Shown here: one piece after another, positions 25,989 to 36,297 of the stretch
Numbering within the stretch: position 1 is the stretch's first letter
How the letters are laid out: each line of letters starts with the position of its first letter
Assembly (NCBI GenBank): GCA_041551115.1
Contig: JBFENN010000001.1
Span: forward strand, 1-47,845
DNA from: Anaerolineales bacterium
GTDB lineage: Bacteria; Chloroflexota; Anaerolineae; Anaerolineales; UBA4823
Direction: 5' to 3'
DNA length: 47,845 nucleotides
The notes under the pieces: model-generated
Told to the model about the DNA's origin: nothing
The model's input: only the letters and a program-made list of their open reading frames with translations
The model's database searches: none
Translations under genes and position numbers: made by a program

Positions 25989-27806
25989 TTATAGAATACC
26001 CAACTCTTTCAATTTCGCTTCGGGGGCAATTCCATTCTCCCATCCACGAACATCATAGTATTCTTCCAGCATCAGATCGATTTCACAAACATGACCTTCT
26101 GACCCTGGCATAGTGGACGGTTCTTTGGTAAACCGGTCGGGTAAGTAATCACTACCTTCACCAAATCCAGCGAGATTGTTATAGTAGCGTTCTAGATTGT
26201 AGATCCGCTCACCAGTTTTCAGGACATCATCGGAACTGTAAGGAATTCCCACAACTGCCGAATACTGTTGAGCATATTCCTCAGTACCTTCAGCAAAAGC
26301 GCTGAACTTGCATAGATCGAGGCTGTCAGAAAAAGCATGGATGTCCTGCAAAACTTTCGTAAGTTCTCCTTTACCCTTCCATTCGAGTGGATCAGTCGGT
26401 AGCGGGATCAAAGTCAGTTCACTTGCAGGCGTATAAGCCCGCAGGTGGCACGCGCCACGGTTGCTGGTAGCATAAGCTATACCCATACCCTTCATGCCGC
26501 GGGGGTCATAGGCTGGGATAGTTTGCCCTTTCACATCCATACTGATTTCTGGGTGACCAAATTTTTTAGCGGCAAGAGCAGCTCCATCAGCCAATGTGTC
26601 TCCTAATCCATCTCGATTGGCAATGTGAGCAACGGTGGCGACCATGCCTTGGTAATCGCCCCACTTAAGCCCTCCAGCTCCATTTGAGTAACCTTTCTCA
26701 GAAGCTTCCATGTACACGGACAGAACATTACCCAGTTCGATTGTATCTAAACCGTAATCGTTAGCTAAATCGATCAATTTGGCGATACTGCCAATGTCTG
26801 CGTTATCACAGTTCGCACCGAGAGCCCAAGCAGACTCGTACTCGACGCTTTCCATTTGTAATCCCGCATATGGTCCTTCGGTGATTTTTACTTCCTTCTT
26901 GCACGCTACTGGGCAAGCGTGACAGGTTGGGTCATTAACTAAAACATTTTCTTTGACATATTCACCGCTTATCAGCTCGGCATTTTCGCCAAATGATGTC
27001 AATTGGCTGTTGCGTGCTGGAAGTGCACCCATATTGCTGGTGATATTCATAAGGACGTTCGTGCCATATACAGAAAGACCACCTTTGCGTGGACTGGTGA
27101 TATTTTTTTCATCCATGATGGTCGCCAGGGCTTGGTCGTGTGCGGGTTTCCAGGCATCTACATCTTTCGCCTTTGGCATGGCTTTATCTGCTTTTATTAC
27201 GATAGCCTTTAAGTTCTTGCTGCCACCAACGCATCCAGTCCCACCTCGACCGCTAGCTCGATCATCTTCATTGACCCAACAAGCAAATTTAGCGAGATTT
27301 TCACCCGCCTGTCCGATTGAAATCACCGAGAGGTCTTTTTCTCCATATTTGTCCTGGAAGTATTTTACAGTGTCGTGTACTCCTTTCTCCCATACATCGC
27401 TAGCATCCAGAATTTCAATAGTATCCCCTTTGACGAAGGCATAAACCGGATTCTCTGCCTTGCCTTTAAATATCAAGCCGTCAAAACCTGCCCAGCGTAA
27501 GCGAGCGGCAGACCATCCGCCATGGTGGCTGTCCGTGACTGTTCCGGTTAACGGTGACTTTGTGACCACAGCCAGCCGGCCGCTCATATTGGCAGGAGTA
27601 CCTGTAAGTGGTCCATTCATGAAGCAAAGGATATTATCTGGGGATAATGGGTCTACATTGGCTCCATTTTCAAGGACGTACTTCACACCTATACCACGAC
27701 CACCAATATATTTGAGCATCCATTCTTCTGGATGAGGTTTGTAGTCAACTATTTGATTGCTCAAATCAACATGAGCAACTCTGTGTGCGTAACCTCCAAG
27801 TGCCAT
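25989..27806 (-). CDS. aor: Aldehyde:ferredoxin oxidoreductase (tungstopterin AOR family)
   Basis: The N-terminus YAHRVAHVDLSNQ...YIGGRGIGVKYVLEN is the typical AOR N-domain. The [4Fe-4S] ligand pattern DPTCHACPVACKK plus a distal Cys (LCKF) is present. The length (605 aa) fits, and the RBS aaggag is 8 nt upstream. Confidence 0.95.
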   Translation of the reverse strand: MALGGYAHRVAHVDLSNQIVDYKPHPEEWMLKYIGGRGIGVKYVLENGANVDPLSPDNILCFMNGPLTGTPANMSGRLAVVTKSPLTGTVTDSHHGGWSAARLRWAGFDGLIFKGKAENPVYAFVKGDTIEILDASDVWEKGVHDTVKYFQDKYGEKDLSVISIGQAGENLAKFACWVNEDDRASGRGGTGCVGGSKNLKAIVIKADKAMPKAKDVDAWKPAHDQALATIMDEKNITSPRKGGLSVYGTNVLMNITSNMGALPARNSQLTSFGENAELISGEYVKENVLVNDPTCHACPVACKKEVKITEGPYAGLQMESVEYESAWALGANCDNADIGSIAKLIDLANDYGLDTIELGNVLSVYMEASEKGYSNGAGGLKWGDYQGMVATVAHIANRDGLGDTLADGAALAAKKFGHPEISMDVKGQTIPAYDPRGMKGMGIAYATSNRGACHLRAYTPASELTLIPLPTDPLEWKGKGELTKVLQDIHAFSDSLDLCKFSAFAEGTEEYAQQYSAVVGIPYSSDDVLKTGERIYNLERYYNNLAGFGEGSDYLPDRFTKEPSTMPGSEGHVCEIDLMLEEYYDVRGWENGIAPEAKLKELGIL

Positions 27807-28213
27807 TTGAAAATCTCCTTTTGTTACAATTCGAATCTATTGTAATTAGGTCGCATGAATATATAAACTAAGTGAAGTATACGCTGGTCACCTCCTTGTG
27901 ATGTATTGCCAATATTTCTCTGACCCCTTCACGATGCGTGCAAATAGATTTGTAATCCGCTAAAGGTTCCAAGTAGTGATTTTGCACCAAATATGTTATT
28001 GGAATAATTAGTCCAGAAATCTAGAAAACATGCATGCAAAACTCAAACTTTCGAGTGAACACATTAATATTATATAACAGGATTCCCTATTATCTGCATA
28101 AATAATAAGAAGAATTCAACCTAATATTTATATTGGTTTAAATGTTATTTTTGTAGTCCTTGAGAGCTGTTCAGCATACCAAAGTCTTATTGACAAAATG
28201 TTACCTAGGATTC

Positions 28214-28480
28214 TTAAGATTTCTGATTTGCCAATGATTGCTTTGCTATCTCATAGTAAGACCATGTGAGGAACGATATGCATAAGTCAAATTTCATTGA
28301 TTCTTTTTGTATCGTTTTGTTAACTTTTCGTTGGAGATGTTGATAAGATTTTAGCTTTTCCGGAGTGAAGAACAGTAGTAGACTAAAGATCCTTTTTCGA
28401 TATTTACGTTTGGGTATCTTCCCAGGGCATCGAATAATTTTCAGATTCAGAATGTGTCCATGATGAAAGCATTCCTTCAT
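28214..28480 (-). CDS. Questionable small basic protein downstream of the recombinase-like gene
   Basis: This 88-aa ORF lies in a very AT-rich stretch and is Lys/Arg-rich (KIPKRKYRKR). A weak RBS (aagggg) sits very close to the ATG. It has the same orientation as the recombinase-like gene and starts 69 nt after it. It could equally be a chance ORF. Confidence 0.25.
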   Translation of the reverse strand: MKECFHHGHILNLKIIRCPGKIPKRKYRKRIFSLLLFFTPEKLKSYQHLQRKVNKTIQKESMKFDLCISFLTWSYYEIAKQSLANQKS

Positions 28481-28549
28481 GACCCCTTATGAATATACTT
28501 CAAGCGGAGTGTATTGGTTTGAATATTTAAAATAGAGGTCTATTTGATA

Positions 28550-29461
28550 TTATTCGGATTGGGTATCATCCAATTGAGCTAATTTAGCGAGTTTTGATCT
28601 TACCTCACGCCATTGCACCTTGGATATGCCCAATTTTTGGCGAACTTTGTCTTTCTCGGTATAGGTTTGCCAGTCGTTCAAAGCACAACTCCATCTGCAC
28701 ATATCGAAAGAGAGATGTTTTTCTAAACCACATTCGTTGCTAATATCTTCAAGTAGATATTCTAGGCGTCTCTGGGACCAGGGAAACAAGCGATCTGAAA
28801 TCTCGTATTGTGCGGAATATTCACGATATGCTGTAAGCCAGTTGTCTGGTAGCTGGATATTTCGCTCTTTATATCGTTGGTTCGCATTTGAATAGCGGAC
28901 AAATATCTGCGGGCGGTTCTCTGTCTCCAAATCAACATGGTTAAGGCTGAGCGCCAGGCACTCCCCCTTTTTAATTCCAGAACTCAGTAGCAATGAGATC
29001 AATGTATAGTACCTGGCATTAGGTTTTTTTGAAAAGCGGTGCCTATCGGCGGTCTCAAGAATTAGCAATTGTTCTTCACTAGTCAGAATTGTGGGAAGAG
29101 GACTAATCACCGATTTTGAGATAACTTTTTCAGCGGGATTTACCATGATCACACCATTTCCGTGTAGCCAGCGGAAAAATGATTTGACTGATGTAATACG
29201 TCGTGACAAGGTTTTAGGGCTACATGGTACTCCTCGTCCGGATTGCATCCAATCGAGGTAATTGTTGAGATCCGTTGTTGTGATATCATCCAGTCGGCGG
29301 TCGGGAGGGAGATAGGTTGCAAGCAAGCTCATGTCTGCAACAAATGCCTTGATTGTGTGAGGAGAGTTGTCTTGGTCTTCTAAATAAACTCGCCAGGCGT
29401 TAATCGTTGGCGTTACGAGCGATTGTGATGTGATATGGGCACTAACGATCTCAGCGGACAT
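28550..29461 (-). CDS. Tyrosine-recombinase-like protein (XerC/D-type fold) with degenerate catalytic residues
   Basis: The N-terminal SAM-like core-binding domain is present (HTIKAFVADMSLLATYL, SPKTLSRRITSVKSFFRWL). The C-terminal domain keeps Arg-I (ARYYTLISLLLSSGIKKGE) and Arg-II (FDMCRWSCA). The positions aligned to LGH...Y read LGISKVQWREV, so there is no Tyr nucleophile. I chose the ATG at 29461 because GGAGG lies 5 nt upstream. The ORF-track start is 29473. Confidence 0.7.
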   Translation of the reverse strand: MSAEIVSAHITSQSLVTPTINAWRVYLEDQDNSPHTIKAFVADMSLLATYLPPDRRLDDITTTDLNNYLDWMQSGRGVPCSPKTLSRRITSVKSFFRWLHGNGVIMVNPAEKVISKSVISPLPTILTSEEQLLILETADRHRFSKKPNARYYTLISLLLSSGIKKGECLALSLNHVDLETENRPQIFVRYSNANQRYKERNIQLPDNWLTAYREYSAQYEISDRLFPWSQRRLEYLLEDISNECGLEKHLSFDMCRWSCALNDWQTYTEKDKVRQKLGISKVQWREVRSKLAKLAQLDDTQSE

Positions 29462-29663
29462 TGTAACCTCCATTATGAATTAGACTTTCGTGTAGCCAAT
29501 ATATGAATAGTGTATTGGAACTATGGATTATTGTCAATTTTTATGTTCGTTCTGATATTATGTGCTAGCAGGAAATTTCTCAATAAATTTGGAATGTCAG
29601 GTATAATTCTGAGCAATTGTGCTAAGTCGTGATTTTACATCTATTTTTAGTCAAGGATAAATA

Positions 29664-30137
29664 ATGCGAAATTACAAGGTCATTGGGGTTTCACTTGTAT
29701 TGCTTTTCACTATGTTATTATCTGCTTGTCAGAATGAAAGCCCGGAATCAGACTCAATGCCTGCTCCAGTAAGTACAAATGAACCTGCTATAGCTGAGAC
29801 TATTCCTACGACTGCACCAGCCGTAGAGCCAACACAGATTCAGAAACCGGTAAATCCAGTAAATCCAGACCAACCTTACCCAATGCCGGTAGAAATCGTT
29901 CCGTATAACCCCTATCCATCTCCCGTCGCTGGTGATGAGGTTGCTTGGGAAGATGTCAGAGAAATCATTCGCAATGGTGATGTTGTGGAGATTTTTCAAG
30001 CGTATACTCTTCAGGTCACAATATACTTGGCTGATGGTAAAGTCCTCGTCACAACAGAACCAGAATACAATGCCATACTCAGTTTAATTGAAGAATGTGG
30101 TGTAGGGTGCTATGATATTAGGAAAGTAACAGAATAA
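29664..30137 (+). CDS. Hypothetical lipoprotein
   Basis: The signal peptide has a lipobox (MLLSAC). A Pro-rich linker is followed by a roughly 70-aa C-terminal globular part. I recognise no family. Confidence 0.6.
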   Translation: MRNYKVIGVSLVLLFTMLLSACQNESPESDSMPAPVSTNEPAIAETIPTTAPAVEPTQIQKPVNPVNPDQPYPMPVEIVPYNPYPSPVAGDEVAWEDVREIIRNGDVVEIFQAYTLQVTIYLADGKVLVTTEPEYNAILSLIEECGVGCYDIRKVTE

Positions 30138-30165
30138 CTAGCCTGATCATATTCATTGCTACGTA

Positions 30166-30198
30166 AAAGGCGTGTGTGCTACTTTGACACACGCCTTT
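30166..30198. terminator. Bidirectional rho-independent terminator between convergent genes
   Basis: A 12-bp perfect stem pairs aaaggcgtgtgt (30166-30177) with acacacgccttt (30187-30198), with a 9-nt loop. A T-rich tract (tttttatttt) follows on the plus strand and an A-tract precedes it, which serves the minus strand. Confidence 0.65.
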
Positions 30199-30777
30199 TT
30201 ATTTTCTAGTTTTCATAGGTTCGCCTGATAGTCCTAAATGGCTTGAGATACTATCCATTGCGTCGATGACGTTTTGAACATGTTCCCAAAGGTCTATACC
30301 AAATTCCTCGGCCCCTCGCTCAATCTCAACTCGATCAGCACCAGCGGCAAAGGACCGGTCTTTCCATTTCTTTTTCACGGATTTTACTTTTAGGTCGTGC
30401 AAGGATCGAGATGGTCGGACAAGAGCAACGGCGGTAATTAGGCCAGTAATTTCATCACAGGCGTATAGTGCTTTCTCCATGTCGGTATCTCGTGGTACTC
30501 CCGTATGGTCAGCGTGACTTAATATTGCTTGGATAATATTCTCGGGTACATTATGTTCACGTAGGATTGGTGCCCCGGCTTGAGGATGCTCTTCCATTGA
30601 GGGGTGAATTTCCCAATCGAAATCGTGCAGAAGTCCGGTGAGCCCCCATATATCCACATCTTCAGCATACATCTCGGCATAATAACGCATTGCTGCCTCA
30701 ACAGCGTACATATGCCGAATGAGGTTCTCATTTTTTACGAATTCCCGAATGATAGCTAATCCATCAGATCGTTCCAT
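30199..30777 (-). CDS. HD-domain (HDIG-type) metal-dependent phosphohydrolase
   Basis: The motifs RHMYAVEAAMR...GLLHDFDWE (HD) and a later SHADH are present. The start is the ATG at 30777 (MERSDG...), overlapping the sanA-like stop by 14 nt. The longer ORF-track N-terminus has no domain content. Confidence 0.8.
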   Translation of the reverse strand: MERSDGLAIIREFVKNENLIRHMYAVEAAMRYYAEMYAEDVDIWGLTGLLHDFDWEIHPSMEEHPQAGAPILREHNVPENIIQAILSHADHTGVPRDTDMEKALYACDEITGLITAVALVRPSRSLHDLKVKSVKKKWKDRSFAAGADRVEIERGAEEFGIDLWEHVQNVIDAMDSISSHLGLSGEPMKTRK

Positions 30778-31474
30778 TTTCCAAACCCTCCCATGAGATT
30801 GGTTCAGATTCGCCGAGAATTGGTACTGGATGGGAAAAGTGAACTTGCCAAAGCGCAACGAATGTTGCGGGGAGTTCCCGCAAATTCCAAAAGATTGTCG
30901 ATCCCTTCCGATATTGGTGATTGTTTGCGGGAACTCCAATTGCATTTATACCTAGTTTATTACAGGTGTAGAGTGCACGTGGAAGATGAAATAACTGTGT
31001 TACGAGTAGTACCTCGCTGATTTTAAAAATCTCGCGGGCTCGATAGCAAGTGTCATATGTTCGCTGCCCAGCATAATCCAAAACAATATCCTTTTCCGGG
31101 ATTCCCAACTCGATGGCATATGCCTGCATCGCTCCGGGCTCGTTGTAGTTCTGGAAACGGTTATCACCACTCATCAAAAGCTTTTTTACTTTGCCGGAGA
31201 AATATAATTTTGCAGCCGTTTCTATCCGGTCTCGGAGGACTGGTGTAGGGCTTCCATCCCACCAAAGACCAGCACCAAATACGATCGCCACATCCCGTCG
31301 GGGAGCATTATGAACATCTGTTATTTTCGACCAGGAGTAGATACCAGAGATTACCCTTGGAAGCATAAATATGCAGACAGTGATTGATAGCAGAATAGAT
31401 ACTGCCCACAATATTCCTTTGATTAGCCGTATTAGCATAAGGTGCGATTTTACCATCAATATCACATAGCTCAT
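30764..31474 (-). CDS. sanA: SanA/YdcF-family (DUF218) membrane-anchored protein
   Basis: It has an N-terminal TM span. The sequence VAIVFGAGLWWDGSPTPVLRDRIETAAKLYFSGKVKKLLMSGDN matches the DUF218/SanA core pattern. Confidence 0.8.
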   Translation of the reverse strand: MSYVILMVKSHLMLIRLIKGILWAVSILLSITVCIFMLPRVISGIYSWSKITDVHNAPRRDVAIVFGAGLWWDGSPTPVLRDRIETAAKLYFSGKVKKLLMSGDNRFQNYNEPGAMQAYAIELGIPEKDIVLDYAGQRTYDTCYRAREIFKISEVLLVTQLFHLPRALYTCNKLGINAIGVPANNHQYRKGSTIFWNLRELPATFVALWQVHFSHPVPILGESEPISWEGLENGTI

Positions 31475-31707
31475 AATCTGGGTTATGGAATTTTCTTGAG
31501 ATTAATCATGTCTGGGAGTTATCATTGGAACTCGGTTATTGCTCACCAACCAACTTATTTGAGTGAGAATGTTGGTTGATTTCGCTACTTAAGTGGTGGT
31601 TGTTTGGTTGGGTAATTTTTTAATGGAAATCAATATAGCTAGATGATTGGAATATTGACAAATTCTGTCCTCTTGCCTTGTATATTCCCTGGGGTTAAAA
31701 TGCCACT

Positions 31708-33081
31708 GTGAATGAGAAGGAAGATAATTATCAACAGACTCTAGATTATGTTTTCAGCTTCGTGGATTACAGCAAAACGCGCATGGATAATTTTCCACCA
31801 GAAGCTTTCACGCTGGATAATATGCGTGCTTTGGTCACAGCACTTGATAACCCCCAAGATAAATACCCAACGATTCATGTTGCAGGTACCAAAGGAAAAG
31901 GATCGGTGGCAGCTTTTTGCAGCAGCACTCTGCATGCTGCTGAATATACCGTTGGATTGTATACCTCTCCACACTTACATGATTTTACAGAACGAATACA
32001 AATCAATGGGCTACCAATATCACAATCTGATTTGGTAAGTCTAGTTGATGAGATTAAGCCGGAAATTGGTCGAATTTCTAAACTCACCACGTTTGAAATC
32101 ACAACCGGGTTGGCTTTATTGCATTTTGCTAGAGTTGGTGTGGATATTGCTGTAATTGAGGTGGGCCTTGGAGGGAGATTAGATGCAACGAATGTTATCA
32201 CACCACTCGTTTCTGTAATCACTTCAATTTCATTAGATCACACCTACGTTTTGGGTGAAACGCTAACCAAAATTGCCAGAGAAAAATCTGGCATTATTAA
32301 ACCCACCATACCTGTTGTTGTCTCTCCTCAAGTCCAGGAAGCGGGGATTGAAATTCAGCACAATGCAGAAATGAAGAATGCTCCATTGGTTCAAGTGGGC
32401 GTTGATTATTCTTACCAGTCAATTACCGCTAATCATTCTGGGCAAGTACTAAAGATATGGAAGAACCTTGATGCAGATTCAGCTATTCATGGGAAATCTG
32501 ATAGTCATGACATGACAATATCAATCCCATTGCTGGGGGACCATCAAATGGAAAATGCAGTAACAGCATATGCTGCCTTACAAATTGTTGACCAAGATGG
32601 CTTTCCAGTTAGTGAACTAGCCATCCAGAGAGGATTTTCTGCTGTCAATTGGCCGGCTCGATTTGAAATTTTGCAGCTAAAACCAGCGGTAATTATCGAT
32701 GCAGCACATAATCGTGATTCTATAAAGAAACTCGTAAAAACAATATCAGCATATTTTTCCGATTCACGAGTTGTATTGGTATTTGGTGCATCCGAAGATA
32801 AAGATATAAGAGGGATGTTATCAGAGTTGTTGCCAATCGTGACAAAGATCTATGCGACTAAATCCTACCATCCCCGAGCCATGGAACCAGAAGTTATCGT
32901 TGCGGCCGTCGAGGAAAATAATGTACCGGTGGTGAAATTTTCCGATGTTGGCAGTGCCACCCATGCTGCAATGGAGAAATTAGCTGATGAAGAAGTGCTA
33001 TTAGTTACGGGAAGTGTATTTATTGCTGCAGGAGGGCGTGAAGCTTGGCTGGAGAGAAAAAATCGCAATATAAGTATTTAG
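31708..33081 (+). CDS. folC: Folylpolyglutamate synthase / dihydrofolate synthase
   Basis: The Mur-ligase-type P-loop HVAGTKGKGSVAAF, TSPHLHDFTERI, SISLDH and the C-terminal DAAHN are present. The start is GTG. Confidence 0.9.
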   Translation: MNEKEDNYQQTLDYVFSFVDYSKTRMDNFPPEAFTLDNMRALVTALDNPQDKYPTIHVAGTKGKGSVAAFCSSTLHAAEYTVGLYTSPHLHDFTERIQINGLPISQSDLVSLVDEIKPEIGRISKLTTFEITTGLALLHFARVGVDIAVIEVGLGGRLDATNVITPLVSVITSISLDHTYVLGETLTKIAREKSGIIKPTIPVVVSPQVQEAGIEIQHNAEMKNAPLVQVGVDYSYQSITANHSGQVLKIWKNLDADSAIHGKSDSHDMTISIPLLGDHQMENAVTAYAALQIVDQDGFPVSELAIQRGFSAVNWPARFEILQLKPAVIIDAAHNRDSIKKLVKTISAYFSDSRVVLVFGASEDKDIRGMLSELLPIVTKIYATKSYHPRAMEPEVIVAAVEENNVPVVKFSDVGSATHAAMEKLADEEVLLVTGSVFIAAGGREAWLERKNRNISI

Positions 33082-33097
33082 GGTTATCTCAGATTGA

Positions 33098-35581
33098 TTG
33101 GAGCTATGCATGAGGCATAATGATTGGTATTTGCATGATGATGAAGATGATTTCGGAGAGACATTACATCGCCGCACCGAAGAGTTATATAAAATTCCCG
33201 ATACGTCTCCGAATGATGATGGCTTGATCATCTGCCCTGTCATACCGCTCCGCGATGTCGTAATATTTCCGCATATGGTTTCACCCATTTTCATCGGGCG
33301 TGAAGTATCTATGCTTGCTGTGGAAAAAGCACACAAACAGAACCAAACTATCATTGCATTAATTCAACGGGACCCAGATCAGGATGAACCAGGAAAGGAC
33401 GATCTACTTACAATTGGGGTTGAGGTAGCGATTGGTCGAATGTTGAATATGCCTGATGGATCGAGTTCTGCGTTAGTTCAAGGCAGGCGCAGAATCGAGG
33501 TAGTTGATTTTGTAAAGACATCCCCTTATTTTGTTGCAAAAGCCAAACCGATTTATGAAATTAGTGAAGTAGACCAGCACATGGATGCGACTATGCGGAC
33601 CACTCTGGAACTTTTCCAGAAATGTGTTCAATTGGATCGCAGCCTGCCCGATGAAGCTTATCTTTATGCGCTCAATATTGATAATCCGGGCTGGCTTGCT
33701 GACATGATTGTGACCGCGATATCACCACCAGTATCGGAACGAAAAATTTTTCTTGAAACAATCGATCCGTTGAAGAGATTGGATCAAGTTGTTACTTTAT
33801 TAGCTCGAGAAGTAGACGTATTAGAACTAGAAGATAAAATTCACAGCCGTGCCCAAAACGGGGTTGATCGCACTCAACGGGAGTTTTATTTGCGGGAACA
33901 AATGAAAGCGATTCAAACGGAACTTGGCGAGGGAGATATCTGGTCGCGGGAGATTCTTGAATTCCGTAAACGTGTTGAATCTGTCTCTTTGCCTGAAGAA
34001 ATTGAAGTCCGTGCGATCAAGGAAGTTGATCGACTTGCCCAAATGCCACCGATGTCTCCAGAAGTGGGGATCATAAGGACCTACATCGAATGGATTCTGG
34101 AACTGCCGTGGTCACAATGCACCGAGGATAACCTGGATGTCAAGCATGCTGCCAACGTACTTGAACGGGATCATTATGGGTTGCCTAGAGCCAAGGAACG
34201 TATATTAGAATTCATTGCCGTGCGAGGGTTGAAACCCAAACGTTCTCGTCAACCAATATTATGTTTTGTTGGACCACCTGGAACCGGTAAAACATCCCTC
34301 GGGCAATCGATAGCGAATGCCCTGGGGCGTAAGTTCGTGCGTCTTTCCCTTGGTGGAGTCCGCGATGAAGCTGAGATAAGGGGACACCGGCGAACTTATA
34401 TAGGTGCTCTACCTGGAAGAATTCTGCAAACAATGCGCCGGGCAGAAAATCAAAACCCATTATTCATGTTGGATGAAGTCGACAAACTGGGTCAGGATTT
34501 TCGCGGTGACCCTGCTGCGGCACTGCTCGAGGTATTAGACCTGGAGCAGAATCATGCATTCTCTGACCACTACCTAGAACTACCCTATGATTTGTCAAAC
34601 GTCATGTTTATTACAACGGCTAATACCACCTCTACAATTCCGGCAGCATTACTTGACAGATTGGAGATAATCGAATTTCCGGGATATATTGAAGAAGAAA
34701 AGATCGAGATTGCTAGTAAGTTTTTAGTACCTAGGCAGATTGAGGAGAATGGTTTAGACACGGATGAAGTCCACTTTTCGATATCTGCGATACAAAGAAC
34801 TATCCGCGAATATACGTATGAGGCTGGGGTTAGGAATCTTGAACGGGAAATTGGCAAGGTTCTGAGAAAAATTGCACGACTAAAATCTGAGAAGCGGCGC
34901 TTTCCAAAAAGAATTGGAGCGGCTGAGGTTGAACGCTTCCTTGGCCCACCACAATTTTTCAACCTTGAGGCAGAACGCGAGAATGAGATAGGCGTTGCCA
35001 CGGCTATTGCATGGACAGAATTTGGTGGTGAGATTATGCCAGTTGAGGTCCTGCTGATGGAGGGAAAGGGGAACTTACAAATTACTGGGCAAATCGGAAA
35101 TGTAATGCAAGAATCTGCGCAAGCTGCCTTGTCTTATCTTAAATCTCGCTCCGATGATTTTAAGATTGATCCAGGTGTATACGAACAAGTTGATATTCAC
35201 ATTCATATTCCGGAGGGGGCAATTCCCAAAGATGGACCAAGTGCTGGGATTACGATCGCGACTTCCCTCACCTCAGCCTTTACTGATCGAGCTGTGAATC
35301 GCGAAGTAGGTATGACCGGAGAGATTACTCTCCGGGGGAGAATATTACCGGTTGGAGGTGTCAGGGAGAAAGTACTTGCTGCTCATCGTGCCGGATTAAA
35401 AAAGATAATCCTTCCGAAGAAGAATATGAAAGATTTGATAGATATTCCAAGAAAAGCACGTGACCGGGTTGAAGTAATACCAGTTGAGCATATAGATGAT
35501 GTCCTTCAAGTAGCATTATTACCTATCCAACGCGAAATTAAGAGTGAAAAAACAAATCACAAGAAGAAAGGGGCTAAGTAG
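33098..35581 (+). CDS. lon: ATP-dependent Lon protease (LonA)
   Basis: The LON N-domain is followed by Walker [10 protein letters not shown] and Walker B FMLDEVDK. The protease Ser is in [10 protein letters not shown] and the Lys in [14 protein letters not shown]. Confidence 0.95.
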   Translation: MELCMRHNDWYLHDDEDDFGETLHRRTEELYKIPDTSPNDDGLIICPVIPLRDVVIFPHMVSPIFIGREVSMLAVEKAHKQNQTIIALIQRDPDQDEPGKDDLLTIGVEVAIGRMLNMPDGSSSALVQGRRRIEVVDFVKTSPYFVAKAKPIYEISEVDQHMDATMRTTLELFQKCVQLDRSLPDEAYLYALNIDNPGWLADMIVTAISPPVSERKIFLETIDPLKRLDQVVTLLAREVDVLELEDKIHSRAQNGVDRTQREFYLREQMKAIQTELGEGDIWSREILEFRKRVESVSLPEEIEVRAIKEVDRLAQMPPMSPEVGIIRTYIEWILELPWSQCTEDNLDVKHAANVLERDHYGLPRAKERILEFIAVRGLKPKRSRQPILCFVGPPGTGKTSLGQSIANALGRKFVRLSLGGVRDEAEIRGHRRTYIGALPGRILQTMRRAENQNPLFMLDEVDKLGQDFRGDPAAALLEVLDLEQNHAFSDHYLELPYDLSNVMFITTANTTSTIPAALLDRLEIIEFPGYIEEEKIEIASKFLVPRQIEENGLDTDEVHFSISAIQRTIREYTYEAGVRNLEREIGKVLRKIARLKSEKRRFPKRIGAAEVERFLGPPQFFNLEAERENEIGVATAIAWTEFGGEIMPVEVLLMEGKGNLQITGQIGNVMQESAQAALSYLKSRSDDFKIDPGVYEQVDIHIHIPEGAIPKDGPSAGITIATSLTSAFTDRAVNREVGMTGEITLRGRILPVGGVREKVLAAHRAGLKKIILPKKNMKDLIDIPRKARDRVEVIPVEHIDDVLQVALLPIQREIKSEKTNHKKKGAK

Positions 35582-35706
35582 GGGAGGAAGTGATATCTTG
35601 CGGGGGAGTTATGTAAAGATCGTTTATCCATTTTTTGGAAGTTGGGTTCAATGGCCAACTGGTCTGAATATTGTGGATTGATCTCGACGAGAGTACCAGA
35701 ATCTTA

Positions 35707-36276
35707 CTATACAATAGCAACTAATTCAAACTCGGATGGATTATTATGTTTGATTACTATATATGATGGTAAAGTCAGCCTCCTCCAAAGCGGAAATGGT
35801 GAAATATCTAGGAAGCGAGAGACCCAGAGGGAGATTACCGTACCATGGGAGAATATAAGCGAGTGTTGTGCTGGTGTTCCATTTGACAGTATTTCTTGAA
35901 TCGCCGTATTAAATCTTATGTAAGCTTCATCAGCAGTTTCCTCGCCAAAGATTTTTCTATCAGGATAATCGAAGAATTCTTTTATGTGAGTCTCAAATTG
36001 GATCTGACTCTGAAACTGATAGGTTTCTCTATAATGCTCATTTAAGCGCCAGTCGGTGGTGATTTGGTCTGTTGAATAGCTGGAAGTTGACAACTCGGCA
36101 GTTTCAATAGCTTTAGGTTCCGAACTGCTGTAGACGTTTGCTGGAAAAAATTGGAAAAGAGATTCCCTGAGATCTTCACATTTATACCGACCTGCATCTG
36201 ATAAATGCCATGTTGATGCGGGGAATCTCTCGTCAATTAAGGGCATTGCGTGCTTGATGAGAACCAGGGTATTCAA
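35707..36276 (-). CDS. Histidine-phosphatase (phosphoglycerate-mutase-like) family protein, deviant N-terminal motif
   Basis: The N-terminus LVLIKHAMP sits where the family has RHG, here reading KHA. The distal motif IFSHGTVISLW is present. The assignment is moderate. Confidence 0.65.
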   Translation of the reverse strand: MNTLVLIKHAMPLIDERFPASTWHLSDAGRYKCEDLRESLFQFFPANVYSSSEPKAIETAELSTSSYSTDQITTDWRLNEHYRETYQFQSQIQFETHIKEFFDYPDRKIFGEETADEAYIRFNTAIQEILSNGTPAQHSLIFSHGTVISLWVSRFLDISPFPLWRRLTLPSYIVIKHNNPSEFELVAIV

Positions 36277-36297
36277 AATGCTAGTCTACCAGGGATA

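Noticed and set aside
26953-27735. Plus-strand ORFs (69-163 aa) inside the AOR gene
   Set aside because: They are antisense to a very well supported 605-aa AOR CDS and are shadow frames.
27807-27990. Moco/Tuco-type riboswitch in the AOR 5' leader
   Set aside because: I could not recognise the conserved Moco-motif elements by eye in the minus-strand leader. An internal AAGGAGGTGA about 90 nt upstream precedes only a 7-codon frame. A covariance-model scan is needed, so it is not claimed.
27807-28549. AT-rich gap as the replication origin (given parAB and rpmH-yidC about 15-20 kb away)
   Set aside because: Only three weak DnaA-box-like words with 1-2 mismatches are present and there is no cluster. 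dnaA and dnaN are not adjacent. This cannot be excluded without genome-wide GC skew, so it stays a low-probability alternative inside the AT-rich-gap finding.
28550-29473. Recombinase-like gene as the marker of an intact prophage or integrative element
   Set aside because: I saw no phage, conjugation or cargo genes, no flanking tRNA and no obvious direct repeats. The flanks are AOR and ordinary genes, and the catalytic residues appear degenerate. At most it is a remnant.
30778-30945. 56-aa N-terminal extension of the HD-domain ORF overlapping the sanA-like gene
   Set aside because: The extension has no domain content and overlaps a well-supported CDS in another frame. The ATG at 30777 gives a typical coupled overlap of 14 nt.
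35642-35899. 85-aa plus-strand ORF overlapping the 3' end of the histidine-phosphatase gene
   Set aside because: It is antisense to a CDS with family motifs and has no RBS or motifs of its own.
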